Assembly: GCA_038147395.1 (NCBI GenBank) | Contig: JAYQTM010000001.1 | Span: 321,437-385,436, forward strand | Length of the DNA stretch: 64,000 nucleotides | DNA from: Candidatus Eutrophovita brisbanensis | GTDB lineage: Bacteria > Pseudomonadota > Gammaproteobacteria > Burkholderiales > Eutrophovitaceae | Direction of reading: 5' to 3' | Shown: piece after piece, positions 51,854 to 62,880 of the stretch | Numbering within the stretch: position 1 is the stretch's first letter | How the letters are laid out: each line of letters opens with the position of its first letter | Notes under the pieces: generated by a model | The model's database searches: none | Seen by the model: only the letters and a program-made list of their open reading frames with translations | What the model was told of the DNA's origin: nothing | Program-made: the position numbers and the translations under genes

Positions 51854-54755
51854 TTACAGTTGCGATAGACGCAGCGCTAGACGTTCTAGTTTTTCTTGAT
51901 TTGAATTGATCCGTTCACGGGTTTGCTGGACGACTTTTTTTGGTGCCTTTTCCACGTAGTTGGGGTTAGAGAGTTTCGCTTTTTCTTTCTCAATTCTCAG
52001 ACAGCAGTTTTTGTTGCTCAGCCAGCAGTTTCTCTAACTCGACGTCCTTGTCGATTTCAATTTTAAGCATCACGGAGAATTCTGATACCGTCGCGCTTGG
52101 GTAATCTTCGACATTTGGCAGAGTATCTCCCGATGCAATGACTTCACTGGATTTTGTCAGTGCCATGATTTCGTTGCGAAGGCTCTCGATAAATCGCTTG
52201 TCTCCTGATACATACAGGGGCCACCTCTCATGTGGGCCAATACCTGACTCTGCTTTTAGTGATCTCGCACCCGATACAATTTGCTTCAATCTTGTTAACG
52301 ACTGATCTGCTTTCTCATCGATTGCTTTGTCCCCGGGAGTTGGGTAGGCCGACGTCATGATGCTGTTTCCAGAAACACCCGCAACTGAGGCGACCTTCTG
52401 CCAAAGTTCCTCTGTAATAAACGGAATGATTGGGTGGGCCAACCTAAGTGCTTTCTCTAATGTTCTGATGAGTGTTCTGCGCGTTGCTCGTTGTTGGGAG
52501 TCGTCGCCATGTTCCAATTGAATTTTCGCGATCTCAAGGTACCAGTCGCAGTACTCGTCCCATATGAATTGATACAAGGCAGATGCGACGTTATCAAAGC
52601 GATAATCGTCAAAACCCTTGTGAACGTTGGTAATGGTTCTCTCCAGCTCGTTACTAATCCATTTGTCCGCGGCAGAGAAATTCAAATATGTACCCGTTGC
52701 ACATGCCTCGGCGCTGTGTGTTGAAAGGCCACAATCGTGGCCCTCTGTGTTCATTAAGACAAATCGGCTGGCGTTCCAGAGCTTGTTACAGAAGTTTCTG
52801 TACCCCTCGCAGCGACTGAGATCGAAATTTAACGTTCTCGTGAATGTCGCCAGTGATGTAAAGGTGAATCGAACTGCATCCGCACCGTAAGCAGGTATGC
52901 CTTTGGGATAGTTCTTAAGAAGATATTTTTGAATTTTTTGTTGATGCTCCGCGAGCATCAGACCTTTGGTGGATTTCTCGACGAGATCATCCAATTCAAT
53001 GCCATCTAATAAATCTATTGGATCAATTGTGTTTCCCTTTGATTTGGACATTTTTTGGCCTTCGGCGTCACGCACAAGGGCGTTTATGTAAACGTCTTTG
53101 AAGGGGACCTTCCCTGTGAAGTGGGTCGTCATCATGATCATTCGGGCGACCCAGAAGAAAATGATGTCGAAGCCAGTGACCAGTACGTTCGATGGCAAGT
53201 ACGTTTCTAGATCACTTGTCTCGTCGGGCCACCCGAGGGATGTGAATGGAACAAGTGCAGACGAGAACCATGTATCTAAAACATCCTCGTCTCTTGTCAG
53301 AGTGCCGTTGTACCCCTTTTTGGTTGCTTTTTGTTTTGCCTCTTTCTCAGTTCTGGCGACGTATACACGTCCTTCCGAGTCATACCATGCGGGGATTTGA
53401 TGCCCCCACCACAGCTGCCGTGAAATACACCAATCTTGAATATTTTCCAGCCAGTGATTGTATGTGGACGTCCAGTGTTCTGGGTGGAATCGGATTTCCC
53501 TGTTAGCCACGACATCTAGCGATTTCTTTGCCATGCCGCTCGTTTTTACGAACCATTGATCCGTCAACATTGGCTCGACCACTTCTCCTGTCCGATCAGA
53601 CTTCGGAACACTTAACTTATGTGGTTTCTCCGACACTAACGCGTTGATGTTCTCAAGATCTCTCAGGATCGCTTTTCTCGCTGCAAATCTGTCGAGACCT
53701 CTGTATTGCTCTGGTCCTGATTGATTAATCGTTCCATCGAGGTTTAAGACATTAATCGGTTCTAGGTTATGACGTTCGCCGACTGCAAAATCATTAAAGT
53801 CGTGAGCTGGAGTGATTTTGACGCAACCAGTTCCGAACGATGCGTCAACATATTCATCTGCGATGATCGGTATGGTTCTCCCACACAGAGGGATCTCAAC
53901 GTGTTTTCCAACCAAGTGATTATGTCGTTCGTCATCTGGATTGATTGCAATGGCAACATCGCCTAGCATGGTTTCAGGGCGCGTTGTCGCAACGGTGATG
54001 CTAAAATCCTCTCCAACGCCGTCATACTTGATTTCCCAGATTTTTCCGTCAGTCTCAACATTGTCAACTTCCAAATCTGACACCGCCGTTTGTAATTTCG
54101 GGTCCCAGTTAACTAGACGATTTCCCTTATAAATAAGCCCTTCCTCGTATAGCCGAACAAATACTTCAATGACTGTTTTGGACATTTTCTCGTCCATCGT
54201 GAAGTAACCTGATTCGTTTCCTTCCGTGTCTGCATACCGCCAATTCGCCGAAGCACCGAGGCGTCTCATTTGGCGGGTGATAGACGAACCAGATTCTCGT
54301 TTCCACGACCAAACTTTCTCAAGAAAATTTTCTCGCCCGAGCTCTTTTCTTGAAATTCCCTGCTGTGACAACTGTCTCTCGACGACCAGCTGGGTCGCGA
54401 TTCCAGCGTGGTCCGTTCCAACAATCCAGTTCGTATCTTTGCCTCGCATTCGATGGTAACGAATCATGCAATCCATGAGCGTCTGTTGAAAGGCATGTCC
54501 CATGTGAAGCGTCCCGGTCACGTTGGGCGGGGGAAGTTGTATGCAGAAGGACTCTGGTGACTCCTTGTTTAGCTTATCGGTAGATGTATTCTCGAAATAT
54601 CCTGACTGCTCCCAGAATTGGTACCACTTGTTCTCCAAGTCTTTTGGATCAAAAGTTTTGTTTAGGCTATGGGAATTTGCGGTTTTGTCCGTGTTGGTAG
54701 ACATTAAATTTTTCTTCTTGGCTAAAAGTGATTGGTTGACCGGAGATGCTACCAC
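51854..54755 (-). CDS. valS: Valine--tRNA ligase (C-terminal coiled coil displaced by a 1-nt frameshift)
   Basis: GTG start 54755. HIGH (TLHMGHAF) and KMSKS motifs. The ORF stops at 51990, but the next frame continues [46 protein letters not shown] to 51854, which is the canonical ValS C-terminus. Confidence 0.9.
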
Positions 54756-54839
54756 TTATGGTGGTGTCTTTTTAATGCGTCGTGGTACGAGCACGGTAAT
54801 CTGAGGTGATGTCTTGGATTGTTCAGGTGAATCTACCAT

Positions 54840-55250
54840 CTACAGTTTATGCGTTGCGATCGAATAACCTCTGTCTTTGTACCAACGATATCTATTGCGT
54901 GCCGCATTAATATTCTCTTCATCTTGACTGACGATCTCGATCACGCGCTTGAACGCACTAAAGTTATCGGGGATTTCAGAGGTCAAGTTTATGATGATGT
55001 CGTTGTGGCCATAGTCCGATGTGTCACTAATGATTGCCGATGTTAGATCATGCATGCTATGAGGCGAAGAACTAATCGCAAAAAATGAAGTGGGTTCAGC
55101 TCCGTATAGATTTTTCGCGACCTTCTCGCCGTGCCGTTCATTTCGAACGCTAATATGAAGTTTTCGACCCACTGTTTGGGCCTTATATATCAGTTTACCA
55201 ATCAGGCGGGTTTCGTCTAACACGTTTGTGTAGAAAGCGACTTCTGTCAT
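54840..55250 (-). CDS. holC: DNA polymerase III subunit chi
   Basis: 136 aa. N-terminal VAFYTN... chi-like sequence. Conserved valS-holC-pepA synteny. Confidence 0.75.
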   Translation of the reverse strand: MTEVAFYTNVLDETRLIGKLIYKAQTVGRKLHISVRNERHGEKVAKNLYGAEPTSFFAISSSPHSMHDLTSAIISDTSDYGHNDIIINLTSEIPDNFSAFKRVIEIVSQDEENINAARNRYRWYKDRGYSIATHKL

Positions 55251-55261
55251 CGTTGACGCGT

Positions 55262-56743
55262 TTATTTATTCGAAGCACGATTTATTAAAAATTCGCACAG
55301 CAAGGGTACTGGCCTCCCTGTGGCCCCTTTATCTTTGCCGGACACCCACGCCGTTCCGGCGATATCTAGGTGCGCCCAAGGATATTTCTTCGCGAATTCG
55401 GATAAAAAGCATGCTGCAGTGATACTGCCCGCAGCTCGTCCACCAATGTTGGCAAGATCGGCGAAGTTGCTTTTGAGTAAGGTGGTGTAGTCGTCCCACA
55501 CCGGCATTTGCCACACACGATCCCAAGCCTGCCGTCCGGCGTCAGAAATCTCACCCGCCAACTCATCGTTGTTGCTGAAAAGACCGGTCGCAACTTTGCC
55601 AAGCGCAACCACACACGCTCCCGTTAAAGTGGCGATGTCAATTGCGGCAGCAGGTTTTAACTTCTCAATATAAGTGAGCGCATCACAAAGAACCAATCTG
55701 CCCTCCGCATCAGTATTTAAAATCTCAATCGTTTTTCCGGACATGCTCGTTACTACATCACCGGGCCGTGTGGCTTTACCGCTCGGCATATTTTCCGCCG
55801 AAGCGACGATCCCCACTACGTTTATTGGTAGCTTCATTTCCGATACTGCTAGCATGGTGCCGATGACACCAGCAGCGCCGCACATGTCGTACTTCATCTC
55901 GTCCATATCACTAGAAGGCTTCAAGGAGATGCCACCCGTGTCAAAGGTAATTCCCTTCCCTACAATGACAATGGGCTTTTCTGATTTTTTTCCTCCCTCG
56001 TACGTTGCGTGAATCAACGTGGCTGGCTCATCGCTTCCCCGAGACACCGATAAAAGCGCACCCATGCCGAGTTTTTCCATATCTTTTTCGTTCAGACATT
56101 TTACGGAGAATCGATTACGTTTCCCCAGCTGTTTCATGGTCTTGGCGAGAAATGTTGGAGTACAGATATTAGGGGGTAAGTTCGCAAGGTCCCTCGCAAG
56201 CTCCATTCCGTTTCCAATTGCAGCCCCTTCTCGAAGGTTAATACTGTCGGATGGAGAGACACGCGAATCGATCTTCACGCTGATGCTTGTCATGTCAGCG
56301 TGTTTAAAAATATCCTTCGAGATGTCGTAGCTATATTTGCTTTCTGTTCCAATTCGAGAGACATGCCTAAAGATGGCTGCGCGATTCATATTTATGTTAT
56401 CTAGATCGGGTAGGCAAAGAGTTGCTGTTTTTTGTCTGGCAAGCTCGATGCGAGAGAACGCCTTCTTGAGGAATGTGGTGAATTCACGAGTGTTAATCGA
56501 TGACGGTTGACCGAGGCCAATGAACACTATCGTTTCCGCCTGTATTCCCTCTAGGTTATCTATTTCAAGACACTCACCCAAACTGGCTTTGAACTGCCTA
56601 CTTTTGAATTTTTTCTGGATAAAACCTTGAGAGATGCTGTTAAGCTCTTGTCCGGATGGTGTTAAGTTAAGCCCCTCGTAAACTGGAACCACGACCGTGC
56701 CAACGGATTGGGCCGCACGCTTTTTCGATATGGTAAAGTTCAT
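55262..56743 (-). CDS. pepA: Leucyl aminopeptidase (M17)
   Basis: 493 aa. M17 motif NTDAEGRLVLCD and the metal-binding region. Confidence 0.9.
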   Translation of the reverse strand: MNFTISKKRAAQSVGTVVVPVYEGLNLTPSGQELNSISQGFIQKKFKSRQFKASLGECLEIDNLEGIQAETIVFIGLGQPSSINTREFTTFLKKAFSRIELARQKTATLCLPDLDNINMNRAAIFRHVSRIGTESKYSYDISKDIFKHADMTSISVKIDSRVSPSDSINLREGAAIGNGMELARDLANLPPNICTPTFLAKTMKQLGKRNRFSVKCLNEKDMEKLGMGALLSVSRGSDEPATLIHATYEGGKKSEKPIVIVGKGITFDTGGISLKPSSDMDEMKYDMCGAAGVIGTMLAVSEMKLPINVVGIVASAENMPSGKATRPGDVVTSMSGKTIEILNTDAEGRLVLCDALTYIEKLKPAAAIDIATLTGACVVALGKVATGLFSNNDELAGEISDAGRQAWDRVWQMPVWDDYTTLLKSNFADLANIGGRAAGSITAACFLSEFAKKYPWAHLDIAGTAWVSGKDKGATGRPVPLLCEFLINRASNK

Positions 56744-56814
56744 TAAGCATTCCTCGCTGTGTGAAACTAGTCAATGATCTTCGACGCGATCCGCGACGCT
56801 AAGTTGCTACCTAG

Positions 56815-57906
56815 ATGACCATTTTTTTAAAATCAATATTAAAAGAATACAGCACGACGTGCGTTATGGTGCTCGCTGCACTGGTGCTGGTTGTATCCGT
56901 TACTCAGCTAGCCCGCTACTTGGGTTATGCAGCCAATGGAAATCATGCCCTCTCTTCGGTGACAATGATTTACCTTCTTTCTAGCATCAAAAATCTACCG
57001 GTACTCTTTTCGCTTAGCATTGCATTGACGGTCACGATGGTTGTTTGCAGAAGCTACCGAGATTCTGAAATGGCGATTTGGCACTCTTCTGGTCAGTCCA
57101 TACTCCGCTGGGTCAGGCCTACATTGCTGTTTACTTTTCCGATAGCGTGTTTAATCGCTGCGCTAACCCTATTTATTGCACCGTGGGCGGAGCGCTCAGT
57201 TGAGGAAAGGAAGAATGATCTTGAATCTCGAGATGATATCTCGGTAGCGCCACCAGGCGTCTTCATTGAATCCAGCGATGGCGCTAGCGTTTTTTTTATT
57301 GATGCTCTAGATCGGGAGACAGGGAAATTCTCTGGCGTGTTTGTTTACGGCGAGAAAGACGGCCGAACCTCTATAGTCAGTGCAGGCCGGGGACAGTCGG
57401 GAGGTCCTGGGTTATCCGCGGATTACCTCGTGGCTGAGACCGGCAATCGCTATGATATTAACTACGAAGATAGTGAGATTGAGTGGACGCAATTTTCAAA
57501 ATATGGGATCCGTGTCGAAAGGCGAGTGGGTGGTAACGCGTATGTTCATCAGAGCGGCAAATCAACATCGAAGCTTTTCTCCGAGCCTAGTATCGAGAAT
57601 CATGCTGAACTTGTTTGGAGGCTTGGGCTTCCAATCAGCGCCGTCCTTCTAGCATTGCTTTGTCTGTCAATATCGTTTGAACAAGTGCGTGGTGGGAAGT
57701 CGTATGCCATCGGGGTAGGGGCGTTACTCTTTATTATCTACAAAAACGTTCTGGCTTTCGTCGAGACTCTGGTCGCGCAAGGGAGTATCGTGCCATGGCA
57801 AGGCTATGTTATTCCACACTTATCAATCTTGGTTATTTCGTCACTGTTGTTGCTATGGCGGTCTGGGTCGTTAAGTGCCCTATGTTTTAAATTGGTCGGT
57901 AGATGA
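56815..57906 (+). CDS. lptF: LPS export ABC transporter permease LptF
   Basis: 363 aa YjgP/YjgQ-family permease. Divergent from pepA and followed by lptG. Confidence 0.85.
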   Translation: MTIFLKSILKEYSTTCVMVLAALVLVVSVTQLARYLGYAANGNHALSSVTMIYLLSSIKNLPVLFSLSIALTVTMVVCRSYRDSEMAIWHSSGQSILRWVRPTLLFTFPIACLIAALTLFIAPWAERSVEERKNDLESRDDISVAPPGVFIESSDGASVFFIDALDRETGKFSGVFVYGEKDGRTSIVSAGRGQSGGPGLSADYLVAETGNRYDINYEDSEIEWTQFSKYGIRVERRVGGNAYVHQSGKSTSKLFSEPSIENHAELVWRLGLPISAVLLALLCLSISFEQVRGGKSYAIGVGALLFIIYKNVLAFVETLVAQGSIVPWQGYVIPHLSILVISSLLLLWRSGSLSALCFKLVGR

Positions 57907-58980
57907 CTTTACTCGGACGATTAATTTCCAGAGAGGTTTTAAAGAACATTGCGTATGTTCTTTTGGTGCTCACTTCTATTTTTCATTCTATTTGACACAA
58001 TTGTAGGAGTCTCTAGGGGGCATTATGTGGGATTGAGCTTTGAAGTTATAGCGTTTAAGACTTTGCTCCGATCGCCAAGAGCCCTCTACGAACTTCTACC
58101 GCTTTCGTCGCTCACGGGCTGTTTATTGACGTTTGCACGACTATCTATTAATTCCGAATATGCAGTGATGCGGAGCGCTGGACTGTCCTATAAAAAAATT
58201 TCTAAAGTACTAACGTTTACCGCATTGGTTGTAATGGCTTTCGCCATATTCGTTGGTGAGGTTGTTAAACCGAGAGCCTCCAGTGCGCTGACAGCATTTA
58301 GCTTGAGTAATGAGGCCGGTGAACTTGTCGTTCAAACATTCCAGAGCGGCTCTTGGTTTAAAGATCAAAACAAAATAATTAATGCCCGTTACATCTCAGA
58401 TAACTACGATGTGCGGGGTGTGGTGGTGTACCAGATTGACCCCGACAACAGGGCATTAGAGATGATCATATCTTCGGAACAAGGAAGACTATCTGAGGAT
58501 GGTGTCTGGTCGCTAGACGACGTTTCCGTTGTGGCGTTTGATAACGACCGGGTCATTAAGTCTGAGTTAGAAAGGTTCGATATAAAAACGTCTATCACTC
58601 ACGGTGTTGTGAATCTCATCGCAACAGACCAAGAGTCGCTCTCTTTTTTAGACCTATCAAAATATATCAATCACCTCGAGGCGAATGGAGAGGATACCTA
58701 TTCATATCGTTCAACGCAGTGGCAGAGAGTTGGCCATTTAGCGATTATCTTAACGTTGATTCTAATCGGGCCGCTGTTTGTTAGCTCAAATAGTCGGGGT
58801 CGTCAGCCGAGTTTTTGGGTCTTCAATGGCGTGTTAGTTGGCGTGGGACTCTATTTTTTCACGCAACTCTCAATGGCTGTAGGGACTCTCGAGAGAATAG
58901 CTCCTCCTGTTTACATGTTGATGCCACCGGCTCTAATCTTGTTTATCGCTGCCTTATATGTCAAATTGAAAGGCGAATAG
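57903..58980 (+). CDS. lptG: LPS export ABC transporter permease LptG (N-terminus displaced by a 1-nt frameshift)
   Basis: ATG 57903 overlaps the lptF stop (ATGA) and encodes MTLLGRLISREVLKNIAYVLLVLTSIF, then hits a stop at 57993. The rest of LptG (FILFDTIVG...) is in the +1 frame, ORF 57949..58980. Frames join at T5 57979-57983. Confidence 0.85.
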
Positions 58981-58985
58981 CCAAG

Positions 58986-59486
58986 TTATCTGGATGATGT
59001 CACGAGGGTGCCTAAAATTTTGTCCTGTAATGGTTGGTGGGATTTTGAAAATAATAAAAATATGAGGCTTAAACCGAGAAGGTTGAGAGCTCCCGATAGA
59101 AAAACACGTTTTATCGATTTGCTCATGGATAGCAGCTCCCCATTTTTGTCGGTGACTTTGAGCCCCCAAGCTTTTTGTGCGAGGCTTTGACCAGTTTTAC
59201 GCCAACATATAACGTAGTAAAGCGAGACGGTAACTAACGGGATGACGTTGGTCATAATCTTTGAGCTTGTGCTCCCGACCCCACCAATGATGGCTGCGAC
59301 GAAAAATCCACTTGTGAAAATTATCGTTATCGAGGTGATAAGCTCGTAACCAAAGGCAAAAACCTGTCTACGTAGTCCGGGATGAGGTGGATTTACAAAG
59401 TGGCTTGCCATCTCGCGGGATTTTTGTGCGTCGTAGTTTGTAAGGTTGTTCAAGATGCTTCTCTGCAAAAAATTCATGTGCGCCAA
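58986..59486 (-). CDS. RDD-family membrane protein
   Basis: 166 aa. RDD-type layout (R..FAFGYELI.., TM helices, QKAWGLKV). The start could instead be the internal Met at 59408. Confidence 0.6.
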   Translation of the reverse strand: MAHMNFLQRSILNNLTNYDAQKSREMASHFVNPPHPGLRRQVFAFGYELITSITIIFTSGFFVAAIIGGVGSTSSKIMTNVIPLVTVSLYYVICWRKTGQSLAQKAWGLKVTDKNGELLSMSKSIKRVFLSGALNLLGLSLIFLLFSKSHQPLQDKILGTLVTSSR

Positions 59487-59682
59487 CGAATTATAGGTTA
59501 ATATCCATTTTTAATGTCCCTGCTAGCTGACCCTATCTGCTCCTCCAATTTCCTTCCGGAGGTGCACTCTAAGCCCCTGAGGCCGAAACCATCCATAAAT
59601 CATCTTTCGACGCGCTGCAAACGATGTAGTAACCGAGCCGTTTCAATAAAAGCGTCGCAACTTCTTTTCGTGAGTTTGGGGC

Positions 59683-60114
59683 ATGTCAGATAGCGTGTGC
59701 CTTGGCCTGGACTACGGGGGTAGGAGAGTCGGAATTGCGTTGGGTTATCAGGACCTTTCTTTAGCTCGACCCCTCAAAACAATTGTGTATTCATCTGATG
59801 AGGAGTTGCTTGAGAGAATCGCTTTGGAAGTCAAGGAGTGGAATCCCACTCGATTCGTCGTGGGACTTCCTCAATACGAGGATCACAAGCCTCACCCAAT
59901 TGCAAAAAAAATTATTAAATTTTGTGAGTTATTGGAATCTCGTTTTGGTCTCGAGGTGGTTCGCGTGGATGAAAGTTTTACTTCCGTTGAAGCAGAGCGT
60001 TTGATTGTCAAAAAAAACATCAGTCGTGAAAAAAAGAAAGAGCTCTTGGATATGTTATCCGCGCAATTGATTTTGCAAGATTTTTTTTCCTCCAACGTCG
60101 AAACGGGAGCATAA
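59683..60114 (+). CDS. ruvX: Putative pre-16S rRNA nuclease / Holliday junction resolvase-like YqgF
   Basis: 143 aa. N-terminal GLDYGGRRVGIA motif. Confidence 0.85.
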   Translation: MSDSVCLGLDYGGRRVGIALGYQDLSLARPLKTIVYSSDEELLERIALEVKEWNPTRFVVGLPQYEDHKPHPIAKKIIKFCELLESRFGLEVVRVDESFTSVEAERLIVKKNISREKKKELLDMLSAQLILQDFFSSNVETGA

Positions 60115-60115
60115 G

Positions 60116-60598
60116 ATGTTCGACTCGGATCAACTCGTATCTTTATTGAGCGATCAGCTAAATGCATCTCGTGATGAGGAGACATTGTTTATCGGTATCC
60201 AATCGAGTGGTGTATATGTTCAGGATTGTATTTTGGAAGCCCTCAATATTAGTGGCCCAAAATATTCTATTGGAGTTGGTTTTCATCGCGATGATTTTGG
60301 AATCAGGGGCTTAGCGGGGAACAAGCAGGGCGCACAGATGCCCCCGGATGTTGCGTCGAAACATATTGTCTTGATCGATGATGTCATCCAAAGCGGACGA
60401 ACGGCTCGAGCGGCCATCAATGTTCTATTTGATTATGGCCGGCCGGCCTCCATACGACTCGCGGTATTGATTGATCGTGGTGGCAGAGAGTTACCTATAG
60501 AACCTCAGTTTTGCGCAAGTCGAACGGATGTTGATAAACATAAAAGAATTGAGATTTCCCCTAATGCTGTTGGTGGTCTAGCAATCAATGTCGCGTGA
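60116..60598 (+). CDS. pyrR: PyrR-type uracil phosphoribosyltransferase / pyrimidine regulatory protein
   Basis: 160 aa. PRPP-binding motif [12 protein letters not shown]. Upstream of pyrB. Confidence 0.8.
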   Translation: MFDSDQLVSLLSDQLNASRDEETLFIGIQSSGVYVQDCILEALNISGPKYSIGVGFHRDDFGIRGLAGNKQGAQMPPDVASKHIVLIDDVIQSGRTARAAINVLFDYGRPASIRLAVLIDRGGRELPIEPQFCASRTDVDKHKRIEISPNAVGGLAINVA

Positions 60599-61566
60599 AA
60601 TATAAGGGTGCAGTAATGAATGATAGTCAGATGGGCGAAAGAGGTTTGAGGCATTTGCTGTCGCTCGAGAATATGCCCAAGGAAATCGTAATAGACATCC
60701 TTGACCGAGCTGAGGAATTCTTGTCTGCTGCGAGTGGTGGAGCTAAGAAAGTTCCTGTGCTGCGAGGTAAGACGATATTTAATTTATTTTTTGAGAATAG
60801 TACGAGAACCAGGACTACTTTTGAGATCGCAGCAAAACGTTTATCAGCTGATGTAGTAAACCTAAATGTATCGACCTCTTCGCAAAGTAAAGGCGAGAGC
60901 TTACTCGACATGGTGAATAACTTAGTAGCAATGCAGGCAGACATGTTTGTCGTCAGGCATTCTCAAAGCGGTGCTGCGCACTTAATCGCTAAACATGTTC
61001 CGAGTGGTGTGCATGTGATTAACGCGGGAGATGGCCGACACTCTCACCCTACTCAAGGGCTACTCGACGCTTTTTCAATCAGACAATATAAAAATTCGTT
61101 TGATGGTTTGCGAGTTGCAATCGTTGGGGATGTTTTGCACTCTCGTGTGGCCAGATCGCAGATACATGTTCTTAAAACTCTCGGTGTTGATGATATTAGA
61201 GTGTGCGGGCCGAGGACATTGGTGCCAGAAACCGTCTCAGATCTGGGTGTGACAGTTTTCCATGAGATTGAGAAAGCTGTATTGGGCGTAGACGTCATAA
61301 TGATGTTGAGGTTGCAACACGAAAGAATGTCTGGGACGCTGTTGCCCAGTCCTCAGGATTTTTTCCGAGGTTATGGCCTCACGGAGGAGCGCTTATTGCT
61401 GGCCGATAACGACGTTATCGTGATGCATCCCGGGCCGATTAACCGTGGTGTTGAGATCGCATCTTCGGTTGCGGATGGACCTAGGTCTATCATTCTTCCG
61501 CAAGTCACTTATGGAATCGCGGTTCGCATGTCTGTCATGGCAGTTTTGCTGGGGAATAGCTTATGA
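60595..61566 (+). CDS. pyrB: Aspartate carbamoyltransferase catalytic subunit
   Basis: STRTR motif ([11 protein letters not shown]), HPTQ motif (SHPTQGLLD) and HPGP motif. The start may be ATG 60616. Confidence 0.95.
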   Translation: MKYKGAVMNDSQMGERGLRHLLSLENMPKEIVIDILDRAEEFLSAASGGAKKVPVLRGKTIFNLFFENSTRTRTTFEIAAKRLSADVVNLNVSTSSQSKGESLLDMVNNLVAMQADMFVVRHSQSGAAHLIAKHVPSGVHVINAGDGRHSHPTQGLLDAFSIRQYKNSFDGLRVAIVGDVLHSRVARSQIHVLKTLGVDDIRVCGPRTLVPETVSDLGVTVFHEIEKAVLGVDVIMMLRLQHERMSGTLLPSPQDFFRGYGLTEERLLLADNDVIVMHPGPINRGVEIASSVADGPRSIILPQVTYGIAVRMSVMAVLLGNSL

Positions 61567-62846
61567 ATTTGGTGATTCGAGGCGGTCGGAATTTAGACGT
61601 ACGGACTAATGAGTTCGAAATCTGCGATGTTTTCGTTATTGATGGGAGACTAGCCTCCGCGGAGGGAGCACTTGGCGTCAACTCTTTCGATATTGAAATT
61701 GATGCGAGGGGCAAGTGGATTTTTCCTGGATTAATCGATTTGTGTGCGCGTTTTGGTGGGGTGATCGATCAAAATCTTGAGTTGGCTCAACGAGAGTTTG
61801 CTGCGATGTCCTCTGGTGGGATCACTGATGTAGTGATTTCTCCTGATGAGAAGCTCTTTCTTGATGATTCGTCTGAGGTGGAGATGTTACTGCACCGTTC
61901 GGATCGATTTGCCTCGACGAGAGTGCACATCAACGGCGCGATGACTAAATCTTTAGGTGTCGACTTGTTGAGTGAGATGCAGGAGTTAAAGCGGTCCGGT
62001 TGTTTTGGCGTCTCCCTAGGACAAGCTCCAGTTCCGGACCCCAAAACCCTACTATCTCTGATGCAATACGCCAAGACGATGGATTTGCCGATATTTATCT
62101 CCCCACGCGACAAAAGTTTCTACGATGACGAAGTCATGTTTTCCGGAGAGAGGGCAATTAGGCTGGGGTTACCGTCTGTTCCAAATTTCGTTGAGGCAAT
62201 AGCGGTATCAACTATCTTATATTGTGCTGAAAATTCAGGAGTACACGTTCATTTTTCTGAGATATCGACAGCCTTGGCCGTGGATCTCATCAGACAAGCG
62301 AAATCAAAAGGAATGAGTGTGACCTGCGATACGACGATCAATCATCTACATCTGAGTGATGCTGATATGGAGGATTTTGAATGTAGATATAAGTTGCGTC
62401 CACCTCTCGCCAGTCCCAAAGATCGCCTATCGATCAGGGAAGGGCTTAGGGATGGGACAATCGACGCGATATCTTCGGGGCATTCTCCCACGAGCGACGA
62501 CGATAAGAACCTTCCTTTCGGCGAAGCCGCTTTTGGGGCAAGCGGATTTGAGTTGCTTTTAGCTTTAGTAATTAAGTGGGCGACGGAGGACGAGGTTTCG
62601 ATTCCATTCGCACTGTCTAAAGTGACAACTGGCCCCGCAAAAATTCTCTCGATGCCATCAGTTAGCACAAGTGAGGAAGGCGCGCCAGCAAATCTTTGTA
62701 TTTTTGATCCTGATCATCACTGGACCGTTGATTGTTCAAACTTAAAAAGTTCGAGTAAATGGACACCCTTCTCGGGAGAGACGATTCGTGGCCGAGTGCA
62801 TCAGGTAATTAGCGATGGGAAACTAATCTATTCGGAAAACAACTAA
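61563..62846 (+). CDS. Dihydroorotase-like, predicted non-catalytic (PyrC'-type ATCase partner)
   Basis: 427 aa amidohydrolase fold. The N-terminal HxH metal site reads [12 protein letters not shown], and the catalytic Asp context reads SSGHSP instead of DH. Confidence 0.75.
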   Translation: MNLVIRGGRNLDVRTNEFEICDVFVIDGRLASAEGALGVNSFDIEIDARGKWIFPGLIDLCARFGGVIDQNLELAQREFAAMSSGGITDVVISPDEKLFLDDSSEVEMLLHRSDRFASTRVHINGAMTKSLGVDLLSEMQELKRSGCFGVSLGQAPVPDPKTLLSLMQYAKTMDLPIFISPRDKSFYDDEVMFSGERAIRLGLPSVPNFVEAIAVSTILYCAENSGVHVHFSEISTALAVDLIRQAKSKGMSVTCDTTINHLHLSDADMEDFECRYKLRPPLASPKDRLSIREGLRDGTIDAISSGHSPTSDDDKNLPFGEAAFGASGFELLLALVIKWATEDEVSIPFALSKVTTGPAKILSMPSVSTSEEGAPANLCIFDPDHHWTVDCSNLKSSSKWTPFSGETIRGRVHQVISDGKLIYSENN

Positions 62847-62880
62847 TCCGTACTTTTTAACTTGTTTGAAAGGCAGTACC

